The position numbers and the translations under genes are program-made. Source: an uncultured delta proteobacterium (GTDB lineage Bacteria; Myxococcota; Myxococcia; Myxococcales; Anaeromyxobacteraceae). From it: a stretch of DNA of 64,000 nucleotides. The stretch is from the NCBI GenBank assembly GCA_963814585.1, contig CAWFDF010000008.1:128001-192000 (forward strand), written 5' to 3'. The notes under the pieces are model-generated. The model did not search any database. It worked only from the letters and a program-made list of their open reading frames with translations, and was not told the origin of the DNA. The first letter of the stretch is position 1. Every line of letters begins with the position of its first letter. Shown here piece by piece: positions 26,139-37,608 of this stretch.

Positions 26139-26756
26139 TCAGGCGTCTCCCCCGAGGCCCTCCAGCTCCTCGGCCAGCGCCTCGGCGCGTGCGGTGAGCG
26201 CGCGCGGGACCGCTCCGTCGGCGGCGCAGGCCTCGGCCAGGCGCCGGGCCGCCGCGGCCAGCCTCCCCAGCCGCTCGGCTCGCGGGGGGCGCGGCGCCCT
26301 GGGCTCCGGGCCGAACTTCTCGGCCAGCGTCCTCGTCATCGCCGCCGGGGTCGGCGGCCGGTCGATGACCTCGTCGCGGAGCTCCCGCCAGCCGTCGGCC
26401 GAGAGCCGCCCGGCCGCCTCGGCCCGCGACAGCACCTCGATCACCTCGAAGGGCGGTGCCTTCCCGTCCCCCAGCCCCTGGGCCAGCCCCGGCTCGTGCC
26501 GCTCCAGGAAGCCGTAGCTGGCGGTCAGCTTCTCGGCCGTGGCCTTGCGGACGAAGAGCTCGGAGGCGCAGTAGCGGTCGAAGCTCGGATACCCCCACTC
26601 GCGCCAGAGCTCGCCGCGGCGCACCTCGGAGAGCAGCCGGGCGAACTCGACCCAGGCCGCCTTGAAGCGGCGCGCCCCCTCGATGACCCGCCGCCTGGTC
26701 GAGCCCGGCGGCAGCCCCTCGGCCCGGGCCGCCAGCGACTCGGAGGCCCCGCTCAC
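26139..26756 (-). CDS. Hypothetical helical protein
   Basis: ARRFKAAWVEF...WREWGYPSFDRYC; GTG start overlapping the upstream stop. Confidence 0.65.
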   Translation of the reverse strand: MSGASESLAARAEGLPPGSTRRRVIEGARRFKAAWVEFARLLSEVRRGELWREWGYPSFDRYCASELFVRKATAEKLTASYGFLERHEPGLAQGLGDGKAPPFEVIEVLSRAEAAGRLSADGWRELRDEVIDRPPTPAAMTRTLAEKFGPEPRAPRPPRAERLGRLAAAARRLAEACAADGAVPRALTARAEALAEELEGLGGDA

Positions 26757-27631
26757 TTCCCCACCCTGAAGACCAGCGCCACGCTGGGGCGCTGACCCGG
26801 GAACCTGTCGAACGACCAGCCGGAGAGCACGCGCTCGAAGCAGTCGCGCAGCGCGCCCTGGCGCATCCTGGGGTCGGTGATGGCCACGCGGACCACCTTG
26901 CCCTCGTTGCCGATGGTGAACTCGAGCGGCACCTCCCCGGCGAAGCCGGGCACCCGCTCCGCCTCGGCGCGCAGGCACGGCGCCAGCGACCGCTGCTGCC
27001 GGCCCACCACCTCCTGGATCCGCCCCGCGTCGAACTGGGTGGCCACCAGCTCGCCACCTTCGGCCGATCCCGCCGAGGGCCCCGCCGCCGGACGGGTGAG
27101 GCGGGAGCCATCGGACCGTCGCGGGGCGGGGGCGTCGGGCGTCAGCGCCACCTCGACCTCGCCCGGCCCCCCGCGGCCGGCCACCGCGATGCGAGCCGGC
27201 GCGGCGATGGAGATGCCGGCGCCGAAGTCGTCGAGCAGCGGGCTGCGATCGCCACGCTGGCCGAGCCAGAGCGCCAGCCCGCCGGCGCCACCCACCAGCG
27301 CCACGGCGCCGAGCAGGAGCCCGGCCGTCCTGGTCCAGGCCCGCCTGGCCCGCAGCGCGCGGGCCCCGGTGACCTCCTGCTCCACGCGCAGGGCTGCCTC
27401 GGCCTTCTTCACGTGGAGGAGGAGCTGCGGGACCTGGGCGGCCGGATGCCAGGTCCCGTCGCCGGAGGAGACGAGCGACGCGGCGTGCAGCTCTCCGCGA
27501 TAGAGCAGCTGGGCCAGCCGGAGTCCCTCGACCGGGCCGTAGACCCGGCCCTCGCGCTGGAACAGCCAGTCACCGCCCTCCAGGGTGGGGTCGTCGATGG
27601 TGATCTCGGGGGGACGGATCGGATCGGGCAT
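26753..27631 (-). CDS. GYF-like domain, TM helix and AgmX/PglI (TonB-C-like) C-terminal domain protein
   Basis: WLFQREGRVYGPV (GYF_2-like), one TM helix, C-terminal LAPCL..EFTIGNEGKV..CF..WSF. Confidence 0.7.
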   Translation of the reverse strand: MPDPIRPPEITIDDPTLEGGDWLFQREGRVYGPVEGLRLAQLLYRGELHAASLVSSGDGTWHPAAQVPQLLLHVKKAEAALRVEQEVTGARALRARRAWTRTAGLLLGAVALVGGAGGLALWLGQRGDRSPLLDDFGAGISIAAPARIAVAGRGGPGEVEVALTPDAPAPRRSDGSRLTRPAAGPSAGSAEGGELVATQFDAGRIQEVVGRQQRSLAPCLRAEAERVPGFAGEVPLEFTIGNEGKVVRVAITDPRMRQGALRDCFERVLSGWSFDRFPGQRPSVALVFRVGK

Positions 27632-27693
27632 GCCGCGGGCGCGCTCCCAGGCGGCTCGCGCCGGGCGAAGAGGCGTGCTCAAATTACCATGAC

Positions 27694-28479
27694 GTGGAAC
27701 GGCGCCGCTACGCACTCCGACTGGCCTACGACGGGCGCGCCTTCCGCGGCTTCCAGCGGCAGCCCGGCCTGCCGACCGTGCAGGCGGCGCTCGAGACGGC
27801 GCTCCGGCCGCTCGGCGTCGGCGGGCCCCTGCAGGTGGCGGCCAGGACCGATGCCGGGGTCTCGGCGCTCGACCAGGTGGTCGGCTTCTCGGCTCGCCTC
27901 GACCTCGACCTCGAGGCGCTCCGGCACGCCGTCAACGCGGCGACCCCCGACTCGCTCCTTTGTCTCGCCGCCGCGCGCGCTCCGCCTCACTTCCATGCCC
28001 GCGCCTCGGCGCAGGGGCGGCGCTACGTCTACCTGGTCGGCTCGCCACCACCGCCCGTCCTGGCGCCGTGGTGCTGGACGCTCCCCGACGAACGGGCCTT
28101 CCCCGGGCTGGCCTGCCGGCTGCCCGACGCGAGCCTGGTCCGCGAGACGCTGGCCCACGCCATCGGCGAGCACGACTTCTTCGGCTTCGCGCGGCCCGGT
28201 GACCAGCGTGGATCGGTGAGGACCCTGACCGGCGTCGAGGTGATCTCGGCCACCGACGCGCCCCTGCTGGCGGTGGTGCTGGATGGGCGCGGGTTCCTGC
28301 GTGCCATGGTCCGGAACCTGGTCGGCACGGCGGTCGCCGCGGGGCTGGGCCTCGGTCCGACGACCCTGATCCGCGACCTGCTGGCGCGGCGCGAGCGCTA
28401 CCGGGGGGTCCGCGCTCCGGGCTGGGGTCTCACGCTGGCGAGCGTGAGCTACCCCCCGGGTATGCTGGAGTGGCGCTGA
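27694..28479 (+). CDS. truA: tRNA pseudouridine(38-40) synthase
   Basis: AYDGRAFRGFQRQ, RTDAGV, FHAR, GEHDF, FLRAMVR. Confidence 0.92.
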   Translation: MERRRYALRLAYDGRAFRGFQRQPGLPTVQAALETALRPLGVGGPLQVAARTDAGVSALDQVVGFSARLDLDLEALRHAVNAATPDSLLCLAAARAPPHFHARASAQGRRYVYLVGSPPPPVLAPWCWTLPDERAFPGLACRLPDASLVRETLAHAIGEHDFFGFARPGDQRGSVRTLTGVEVISATDAPLLAVVLDGRGFLRAMVRNLVGTAVAAGLGLGPTTLIRDLLARRERYRGVRAPGWGLTLASVSYPPGMLEWR

Positions 28480-28483
28480 CGCG

Positions 28484-28696
28484 TCAGTGGGAGGCGTCGG
28501 CCTCGCCCGCCAGCGGGTGGCGCCCGTACTTGAGCAGCAGGTCGCCGACGGCCTCGCGCAGGTAGTCCGACTGGCGGACGCGAGTCCGCTTGGCCAGGTT
28601 CCTGAGTTCGGTGGCGAACGCCGGCGGGAGGCGCACCAGCATTGGCTCCAGTCGGTTGGCCGGCTCGGACGGGACGGTGTCGAACTCTGTGGTCAT
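28484..28696 (-). CDS. Ribbon-helix-helix DNA-binding protein
   Basis: MLVRLP..ELRNLAKRTRVRQSDYLREAVGDLLLKY. Confidence 0.75.
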   Translation of the reverse strand: MTTEFDTVPSEPANRLEPMLVRLPPAFATELRNLAKRTRVRQSDYLREAVGDLLLKYGRHPLAGEADASH

Positions 28697-28799
28697 ATGT
28701 AGGCTCCAGGGGTGCATTGACTACGTTTACCTACACGCTACCACCTGATAGCAACCGCGCAAGAATCCGGCAATTGGACCCATCCGGGATGGTCCAGGC

Positions 28800-29357
28800 C
28801 TACCAGCGGAGCTGCACCCCGGACCCGAGCCCCACGCTGGTGATGCGCGCCTCGCCATAGCCACCGCTGAAGCGGGCTGCGGCGTAGAAGCCCCAGGCCC
28901 GCGACGGGTCGTAGGCCAGACCGAGCCCGGCCAGGCCCCCCACCGCCACACGTGAGGCGAGGTTGGCCCAGAGGCCGATCTCGATGAAGGTCTTCAGCTC
29001 CTCCGAGCCGAAGTAGGCCCGGTAGCGGGCGTCGACGCCATAGAGGCACTTCACCTCGTCCGGATCGGACCAGTCGCCGAGCCGGGCCATGCCGCCCACC
29101 TGGAGCTCGTCCCCCTCACCGCTCACGTCGATGCTCCAGGCCAGCCGGAGCGACGGCCGAACGCTGGCGCTGGTGAGCCCTTCGACCACCACCGAGTCCC
29201 GGGCCAGCCCCAGCTCGGCCAGCACCCCCTGCTGGTCGCGGTGGTCGAAGCGCGGCTCGAAGGCGCTGGCGCCCACCGGCGCCACCAGGGCCGCAGCCGC
29301 CAGGGCCAGGACACGAGCCGCCACGCCCGAGGCGCCCGGTGCCGCGCCTCCACTCAC
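28800..29357 (-). CDS. Secreted/outer-membrane beta-strand protein
   Basis: Signal peptide, amphipathic beta strands, C-terminal VQLRW. Confidence 0.6.
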   Translation of the reverse strand: MSGGAAPGASGVAARVLALAAAALVAPVGASAFEPRFDHRDQQGVLAELGLARDSVVVEGLTSASVRPSLRLAWSIDVSGEGDELQVGGMARLGDWSDPDEVKCLYGVDARYRAYFGSEELKTFIEIGLWANLASRVAVGGLAGLGLAYDPSRAWGFYAAARFSGGYGEARITSVGLGSGVQLRW

Positions 29358-30214
29358 GGTGCCACCACCGGCAGCGAGATGCCGGCCAGCTCGTTCATCC
29401 GGCCCGACCGGAACGGCTCGAGGTCCAGCGCCGCGCTGCGGAACCCGGCTTGCTTGACCGCCGCCGCCAGCGCCTCCCGCCGCGCGAAGGCCCCGGCCAG
29501 CTCCTCCTCGGACACCTCGAGCCTCGCCACCTCGCCGTGGTGACGCACGCGGAAGCTCCGCAGCCCGAGCGCTCGCACCGCCGCCTCGGCGCGCTCCACC
29601 TGCCCGAGCCGCTCGGGCGTCACCGGCGTGCCGTAAGGGATCCGCGACGCCAGGCAGGCCAGCTGCGGCTTGTCCCAGGTCGGCAGTCCGAGCGCCTGGC
29701 TCCAGGCCCGGATGGCCGCCTTGCCCAGGCCGGCCTCGGCCAGCGGCGAGCGGACCTCGGCCTCGGCGGCGGCGCGGTGTCCGGGCCGATGGTCGAGGCG
29801 ATCGTCGGCGTTGAAGCCATCGGCGATCACCGTCATCCCCTCCCGCCGGGCCACCTCGCGGCAGCGCTGGTAGAGCTCCCGCTTGCAGAAGTAGCAGCGC
29901 TGATCCGTGTTGGCCTGGTACCCAGGGTCCTCCCCTTCCCGGCTCACGACCTCGAGGTGCCGGGCCCCGAGCCGGGCGGCCAGGTCGCGCGCCGCGATCC
30001 GCTCCGCCTCGGGGACGCTGGGCGAGTGGGCCGTGACGGCGAGGACGCCCTCGCCGAGCACCTCGCGGCCGACCGCCAGCAGGAACGTGGAGTCGACTCC
30101 CCCCGAGAAGGCCACCACCATCCGGCCGAAGCCCGCCAGCTGCCGCCGGAGCAGCTCCAGGTGCGGGCGCGTCGCCAGCCTGAGCTCTTCGAGGTCACCC
30201 TGCATGGCGTCCAT
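29354..30214 (-). CDS. larE: LarE-family ATP-dependent sulfur transferase (PP-loop)
   Basis: AFSGGVDS, RCYFCK, RPG, SPL, WDKPQLACLASRIPYG. Confidence 0.88.
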   Translation of the reverse strand: MDAMQGDLEELRLATRPHLELLRRQLAGFGRMVVAFSGGVDSTFLLAVGREVLGEGVLAVTAHSPSVPEAERIAARDLAARLGARHLEVVSREGEDPGYQANTDQRCYFCKRELYQRCREVARREGMTVIADGFNADDRLDHRPGHRAAAEAEVRSPLAEAGLGKAAIRAWSQALGLPTWDKPQLACLASRIPYGTPVTPERLGQVERAEAAVRALGLRSFRVRHHGEVARLEVSEEELAGAFARREALAAAVKQAGFRSAALDLEPFRSGRMNELAGISLPVVAP

Positions 30215-30257
30215 CGTACCGCGGCGGCACCCGCGCCGGCGGGACGTCGCCGGGGCG

Positions 30258-30956
30258 TCAGCGCCTCTTCTTGGTCGGGCTGGCCGCCTTGGCGGGAGCC
30301 CTCTTCGCCAGCGCGATCTTGATGACCCGGGGCGGCTTCTCGCCCCTGGCGACCTTCCCGGCCTTGCTCTTGCGCTTCGGCTTGAGGCCTCCGGTGAGCC
30401 GCCCGAACTCGGTGGGACCGATGAACTTGCCGTCGACCAGGGTCTGGAAGATCCGCGTCAGGCTCGCCTCGACCGGCTCCTGGTCGGTGTGGAGCACCAG
30501 CTCGGCGTGCACCGGCGGCTCGTACGGGAGGTCGACGCCGGCCACCTGGGTGACCTCGCCGGTCATCGCCTTCTTGTAGTAGGCGTCCTTGCCGTCGCGA
30601 TCCATCAGCTTCTCGATGGTGCAGTCGACGAAGACCTCGACGAACCGGCGCGCCTCGCGCCGCAGCTGCTCGCGCGGCTCGCGGAAAGGTGAGAGCGCGG
30701 CGCAGACCGCGATGCCCCCGGCCCTGGCCACGGCCTTGGCCGTGTAGCCGAAGCGCTTCACGGCCATGACCTGGCCATCCTTGGACGGCCCGAGCCCCTC
30801 GATGAGGAACTTGGCCTCGCCGTCCTCGTCGAGCAGCTGGACCACGCGGCCGGCCTGCGCCAGCCGGAGCGCCAGCTGGTTGGCGAGCGTGGTCTTCCCG
30901 GCCTTCTTCATGCCGGTCAGCCAGATGATGAACCCGGTGCTCTGCTGAAAGTCCAT
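30258..30956 (-). CDS. cysC: Adenylyl-sulfate kinase-like protein with basic C-terminal tail
   Basis: WLTGMKKAGKTT, ALSPFR, FVEVFVDC, YKKA, GVDLPYEPP. Start at ATG 30956. Confidence 0.8.
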   Translation of the reverse strand: MDFQQSTGFIIWLTGMKKAGKTTLANQLALRLAQAGRVVQLLDEDGEAKFLIEGLGPSKDGQVMAVKRFGYTAKAVARAGGIAVCAALSPFREPREQLRREARRFVEVFVDCTIEKLMDRDGKDAYYKKAMTGEVTQVAGVDLPYEPPVHAELVLHTDQEPVEASLTRIFQTLVDGKFIGPTEFGRLTGGLKPKRKSKAGKVARGEKPPRVIKIALAKRAPAKAASPTKKRR

Positions 30957-31070
30957 GCAGACCTCGAGACGGGGTGAACAGAGAGTATATCCCGCCACCT
31001 CGCCCAAACCAAGTGGAGTTCGCAGGTCTGGGTTCGTTTTCCTGCGTTCTGTCGGCAGGTTAGGCCGAGT

Positions 31071-31517
31071 TCACCCTTGCGGGGGATCCAGGCGGTCTGG
31101 CCACACGTCGGAGGGCTCGAAGGCGTGGCCGGTCCACCGGTGGGCCCGGATGGCGGTCACCCGCCCTCCTTCCAGGGCCACCACCAGCTGCGCCACGCCG
31201 CCCAGGAACGGGGCGCCACCGGCCAGCGCACCGTCCAGGTCCCGGGTCGAGAGGCCGGCCCCACCGGCAAGGTGGGAGTGGTAGATGGCGACCACCTCTC
31301 CGCCGGTCTCGTCGAGCCGCTGCATGGCCAGGAGCAGCCCGTTCGGCTCGAGCTCGAAGGCGGTCGCCGGCGTCGGGGAGGCGTTGGCGATCGGCCACGC
31401 CGCCACCTCACCCCCCGGGCTCCGGACCAGCAGCCCGCAGACCTCCTCCGCGGGGGCGGCCTCGGCCAGCGCCACCAGTCGGGGCAGCGGCCAGCCTGCG
31501 CCACGCTCAGGGGTCAC
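31071..31517 (-). CDS. JAB/Mov34 (JAMM) metalloprotease
   Basis: EEVCGLL...YHSHLAGGAGLSTRD fits E-xn-HxH-x7-S-x2-D. Start (GTG 31517) approximate. Confidence 0.88.
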   Translation of the reverse strand: MTPERGAGWPLPRLVALAEAAPAEEVCGLLVRSPGGEVAAWPIANASPTPATAFELEPNGLLLAMQRLDETGGEVVAIYHSHLAGGAGLSTRDLDGALAGGAPFLGGVAQLVVALEGGRVTAIRAHRWTGHAFEPSDVWPDRLDPPQG

Positions 31518-32475
31518 TCGCGGGGACCTCGCCGCAGACGCAGCCCGGGAGCCGCTGGGTGGCTCGGAGGGTGGGGACGCCCCGGACCACGTCGATCCGC
31601 CGGCCCTCCTTCGCGTCCGGCTCGACCAGCAGGCGCAGCAGCTCCTGGGCGGCCAGCGAGGCCAGCGCCAGCGCCCCTGGCACGGGCGGGCGCCCACCCG
31701 CGGCGGAGAAGCGCCCGCAGGCAAAGCACGGGGCGCCGGGCGGGACCGAGACCACCTGGCCCGCCTCCCCGTCCAGCTCCAGGACCACGTGCGGGATCCT
31801 CGCGCGGCGCGCCACCTCGGCGGACGCCAGACCCTCCGCCGACGCCGAGGCACAGATGAGCGCCGCCGTGGGCACGGCACCGGCCGGGTACGGGCGCGCC
31901 GAGACGAAGCGGGACAGCGCGCCGAGCGCCGCCGCGGCCGCCCGCGCCCTCGGCTGCCCGACCTCCTCCGGCCGGTAGAGCCAGCCCGCCTGGTCGGCCG
32001 GTTCGAGCACCTCCGGATCGTCGATCCAGATGGTGCCGACGCCGGCCTGGGCCAGCGCCACCAGCGCCGGCGTGGCCACCCCGCTGGCACCGACCATCCG
32101 GATCCGGGCCGACATCAGCCGTTCCTGGCCCGCAGCCCCGAAGCCGGGGACCAGCAGCTGGCGCGCCCAGCGCGCGATCCGCTCGGCGTCGAGCTCCGGC
32201 GCGCCGCCGGCGATGGCCGGCACCAGGCAGATCCGGTCTCCGTCGCGCACCGGCGTGGCCAGGCCGCCCAGCTCGCGCAGCTCCTCCTCGCCGAGGAACA
32301 CGCCGACGTGGCGGCGCACCCGTCCGTCCTCGTCGAGGAGGCGCTGGCCGAGCCGCGGGTGGGCGTGCGCCACCTGGCGAAGCACCTCGCCGACGGTGGC
32401 GCCGACCGCCGTGAGCTCGGCCTGGCCACCGGCCAGGTCGCGCAGCGGCGCGGGGACGGCGATGATCACGGGCAT
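31507..32475 (-). CDS. MoaD/ThiS ubiquitin-like domain fused to a degenerate ThiF/MoeB (E1-like) domain
   Basis: Residues 1-91 form a beta-grasp ending VPAIAGG, followed by ARWARQLLVPGFG..GQERL, PCFAC and C-terminal CVC. Confidence 0.82.
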   Translation of the reverse strand: MPVIIAVPAPLRDLAGGQAELTAVGATVGEVLRQVAHAHPRLGQRLLDEDGRVRRHVGVFLGEEELRELGGLATPVRDGDRICLVPAIAGGAPELDAERIARWARQLLVPGFGAAGQERLMSARIRMVGASGVATPALVALAQAGVGTIWIDDPEVLEPADQAGWLYRPEEVGQPRARAAAAALGALSRFVSARPYPAGAVPTAALICASASAEGLASAEVARRARIPHVVLELDGEAGQVVSVPPGAPCFACGRFSAAGGRPPVPGALALASLAAQELLRLLVEPDAKEGRRIDVVRGVPTLRATQRLPGCVCGEVPASDP

Positions 32476-32485
32476 GGGCTCGGCC

Positions 32486-32764
32486 TCACGGCAGGTCCAG
32501 CGCCGCGCGCGGCGCCCCCTTCTCCAGCACCAACTCCCACGCGCCCGGACCCTGGTCCTCGAGCGGCTCCATCGAGACCACCCGGTGCCCCTCCTCCGCC
32601 GCGCTGGCCGGGACGCTCCTCAGCGGCTCCCCCTCGCGCAGCAGCACCACCACGCGCTCGCCCGGCCCCACCCTCTCCAGCGCGATGCGGGTCTTCACCC
32701 AGGTGATGGGGCAGCTGTCGAGCCGCACGTCGATCATCGCCGAGGCGATCCGGGGCGGCTTCAT
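32486..32764 (-). CDS. TusA/SirA-family sulfur carrier
   Basis: IDVRLDSCPITWVKTRIALE, EPLRSVP. Confidence 0.85.
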   Translation of the reverse strand: MKPPRIASAMIDVRLDSCPITWVKTRIALERVGPGERVVVLLREGEPLRSVPASAAEEGHRVVSMEPLEDQGPGAWELVLEKGAPRAALDLP

Positions 32765-33497
32765 GGCGCCGGTTCCCTGGCGGCCGGTGCGCAGGCGGCC
32801 GGCCTGCTCGGCTCGAGCGGCTGCGTGCCGGCGCAGGCCGGACAGCCGGGGCGGCGCCGGACCAGCACCAGTCGGCCCCGGCCGGTGCGCGCCTCGAAGA
32901 CCAGGAGCCGTCCGGCGTAGGCGCCGCGCTCGCCGGCCAGCAGGCGCAGCGCCTCGGCCCCATCAGGCCCCCGGCGAAGCCGGCCAGCGCGCCGACGATG
33001 CCCGCCTCGGCGCAGGAGGGGACCTGGCCGGGCGGTGGCGGCGCCTCGAAGAGGCAGCGGACACAGCCCGAGAAGCCGGGGACCACCGTGAGGATCTGGA
33101 GCGAGGTGCGCAGCACGCCGCCGTGGACCAGCGGCTTGCCGGCCCGGAGCGCGGCGTCGCTGGCGAGGAACTTGGTGGGGAAGTTGTCCGAGCCGTCGAG
33201 CAGCACGTCGACGCTCGAGGCCAGCTCGACCGCCTCCTCGGTGTCGAAGCGGCGCCCCAGGGGGACCGCCTGGAGCGCCGGGTGGAGCGCGCGCAGCCGG
33301 GCCGCCGCCACCGCGGCCTTGGGCTGGCCCAGGTCGGCCTCGCCGAAGAGCGGTTGGCGGTTGAGGTTGGAGGTCTCGACCACGTCGTCGTCGATCACCA
33401 GCAGCCGGCCGACACCGCCCGCCGCCAGCGCCAGCAGGGCCGGACCGCCGAGGCCACCCGCGCCGATCACCAGCGCGCTCTTGTTCGAGAGGTCCAT
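32761..33497 (-). CDS. HesA/MoeB/ThiF-family E1-like enzyme, frameshifted near 32960
   Basis: IGAGGLG, DDDVVETSNLNRQ, DGSDNF, CVRC, PSCAEAG. One missing G in a G-run restores GAEALRLL...CPAC, ending at 32761. Confidence 0.87.
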
Positions 33498-33577
33498 CCG
33501 GGCCCGGTCATAGCCCGCGTGCCGGGGTGGGGCAATGCCGAGGACCCGTGCGGAGGGACGGTGCCGGGCCTCGGCGC

Positions 33578-33952
33578 CTAGAACGACAGCGCCCGGCCCT
33601 GCTGCGCCAGGCGCCACAGCGACGGCAGCGGCTCCAGCCCGTCGAGCCTCGTGCGCACGGCCTCGGGCTCGAGCCCGGCCAGCCGCACCGCCGTCTCGCA
33701 GGCCACCACCCGCAGGCCCAGCTCGCGCCGGGCCTCGGCGAGCGTGGGCTCCAGCGGAGGGACGCGCGCCCCGCTGGTGGTCGGCGGCGCCCCCTCCTCG
33801 AAGCGGCCCTCGACGAAAGCGCGGAGCGGCTCGAAGGCCAGGACCAGCGTGACCGGGTCCCCCAGCGAGGCGGCGGTGACGCCGAGCATGACCGCCTGGT
33901 AGCGCTCCGGCCAGCCGCGGCCGGAGAGGAAGATGACGAGCGGTCGGGACAT
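33578..33952 (-). CDS. DsrE/DsrF-like protein
   Basis: 124-aa alpha/beta protein with AASLGDPVTLVL and VVACETAV. Confidence 0.65.
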   Translation of the reverse strand: MSRPLVIFLSGRGWPERYQAVMLGVTAASLGDPVTLVLAFEPLRAFVEGRFEEGAPPTTSGARVPPLEPTLAEARRELGLRVVACETAVRLAGLEPEAVRTRLDGLEPLPSLWRLAQQGRALSF

Positions 33953-34027
33953 GGCGGGCCTCCGGGGGCGGCCATTCTACCTTCGAATGTCGCGCCGCCA
34001 TTTCGCCCCGGACGCGCTCGCCCGCGC

Positions 34028-34056
34028 TTGCAGCCACCCCGGGCCTCTGCTACATA
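34028..34056 (+). promoter_or_regulatory. Candidate promoter of tRNA-Leu(GAG)
   Basis: TTGCAG-17 nt-TACATA with TGn extension, just upstream of the tRNA. Confidence 0.5.
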
Positions 34057-34071
34057 CCGACCCCGCTTCGA

Positions 34072-34153
34072 GCCCAGGTGGTGGAACTGGTAGACACACC
34101 ATCTTGAGGGGGTGGCGCCGTAAGGCGTGCGGGTTCGAATCCCGCCCTGGGCA
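34072..34153 (+). tRNA. tRNA-Leu (GAG), CCA not encoded
   Basis: GCCCAGG/CCTGGGC acceptor stem, CCATC-TTGAGGG-GGTGG arm, variable arm, GTTCGAATCC. Confidence 0.94.
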
Positions 34154-34161
34154 ATCAAGCG

Positions 34162-34194
34162 AAAGGGACCCGGCCAGCGCCAGGTCCCTTTTTT
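34162..34194. terminator. Intrinsic terminator between convergent tRNA-Leu and secG
   Basis: AAAGGGACC...GGTCCCTTT stem followed by a T-run. Confidence 0.8.
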
Positions 34195-34217
34195 CTGCTC
34201 GCCGCCCGGCGGCTCGC

Positions 34218-34586
34218 CTACCTGGCGGGCGCGGGTGCGTGCGCGGGCGCAGGCGCCGCCGGGACGGGAGCCTGGGCCGGGGCGAACGGCGCGGCCGGGG
34301 CCGCCGGAGCCGGCGCGGTCGGGGCCGCCGCCTCAACGGCGTCGAGCACCGACTTGGTCTTCGACGAGTTGTAGGCCAGCGTGAGCGAGGTCAGCATGAA
34401 GATGAAGGCGCTGACGCTGGTCACCTTGCCGAGGAAGGTCTGGGCGCCGCGGCCGCCGAACACGGTCTGCGCGCCGGCGCCGCCGAAGGCGGCCCCCATT
34501 CCGCCGCCCTTGCCGGCCTGCAGCAGGATGATGAGGATGAGGAAGATGCAGACGAAGACGTGGAGGATGGTGACGATGGTGATCAA
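34218..34586 (-). CDS. secG: Preprotein translocase subunit SecG
   Basis: [22 protein letters not shown]; directly downstream of tpiA. Confidence 0.95.
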   Translation of the reverse strand: MITIVTILHVFVCIFLILIILLQAGKGGGMGAAFGGAGAQTVFGGRGAQTFLGKVTSVSAFIFMLTSLTLAYNSSKTKSVLDAVEAAAPTAPAPAAPAAPFAPAQAPVPAAPAPAHAPAPAR

Positions 34587-35341
34587 CGGAGTGCACCTTT
34601 CACGATGGCGAGGAAGTCCTTCGCCTTGAGGCTGGCCCCGCCGACGAGCGCGCCGTCGACGTCGGCCTGGGACATGAGCTCGGCGGCGTTCTCGGGCTTC
34701 ACCGAGCCGCCGTACTGGATGCGGATGGAGTCGGCCATCGCCCCGCCCAGCTCGCGGAGGATGGCCCGAATGGCCGCGTGGACCTCCTGCGCCTGCGCCG
34801 TGGTGGCGGTCTTGCCGGTCCCGATGGCCCAGACCGGCTCGTAGGCCAGCGTGACGGCGGCCAGGGCCCCAGCGGGCAGCCCGGCCAGCCCGCCGCGCAC
34901 CTGCCGGCCGACCACCTCGAGGGTCTTGCCCGCCTCGCGCTCGGCCAGCAGCTCGCCGACGCAGACGATGGGGCGCAAGCCGGCGTCCAGCACCGCGCCC
35001 ACCTTCTTGCGGACCGTCTCGTCGGTCTCGCCGAAGAGCTGCCGACGCTCGCTGTGGCCGACGATGACGTGCGTGACGCCCACGTCGGCGAGCTGCGGCG
35101 CCGAGACCTCTCCGGTGAAGGCGCCCTGCGCCTCCCAGTGGACGTCCTGCGCGGCCAGCTGGATGGGCGACCCGGCCAGCGCCTGGGCCACCGCCGGCAG
35201 CGACGTGAAGACCGGCGCCACCGCCACCTGGACGCGCGCGTCGCCGGCCAGGCCCTCCGACAGCTCCTTCACCAGCGCGGCGGCCTCGGCCACCGTCTTG
35301 TGCATCTTCCAGTTGCCGCAGACGAACTTCTGGCGCGCCAT
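34583..35341 (-). CDS. tpiA: Triosephosphate isomerase
   Basis: [36 protein letters not shown]. Confidence 0.98.
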   Translation of the reverse strand: MARQKFVCGNWKMHKTVAEAAALVKELSEGLAGDARVQVAVAPVFTSLPAVAQALAGSPIQLAAQDVHWEAQGAFTGEVSAPQLADVGVTHVIVGHSERRQLFGETDETVRKKVGAVLDAGLRPIVCVGELLAEREAGKTLEVVGRQVRGGLAGLPAGALAAVTLAYEPVWAIGTGKTATTAQAQEVHAAIRAILRELGGAMADSIRIQYGGSVKPENAAELMSQADVDGALVGGASLKAKDFLAIVKGALR

Positions 35342-35343
35342 GG

Positions 35344-36534
<1,191 letters not shown>

Positions 36535-36558
36535 GGGCCTCCCTCCGGGACCGGACGG

Positions 36559-37566
<1,008 letters not shown>

Positions 37567-37608
37567 GTCAGGGTCCTCCCCCCGCAGGGGTCAAGAATTG
37601 GGGGGGCC

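Noticed and set aside
28484..28696. RHH protein as an antitoxin
   Set aside because: No adjacent toxin-like ORF; the neighbours are truA and a secreted protein.
29354..30214. LarE PP-loop protein as the missing lasso cyclase
   Set aside because: It shares only the SGGxDS loop; its length and motifs are LarE-specific and it lacks the asparagine-synthetase-like architecture of lasso cyclases.
31071..33497. E1/JAB/Ubl genes as an anti-phage system (CBASS type II or Bil)
   Set aside because: No E2, CD-NTase or effector is present; the TusA, DsrE, CysC and LarE neighbours point to sulfur transfer.
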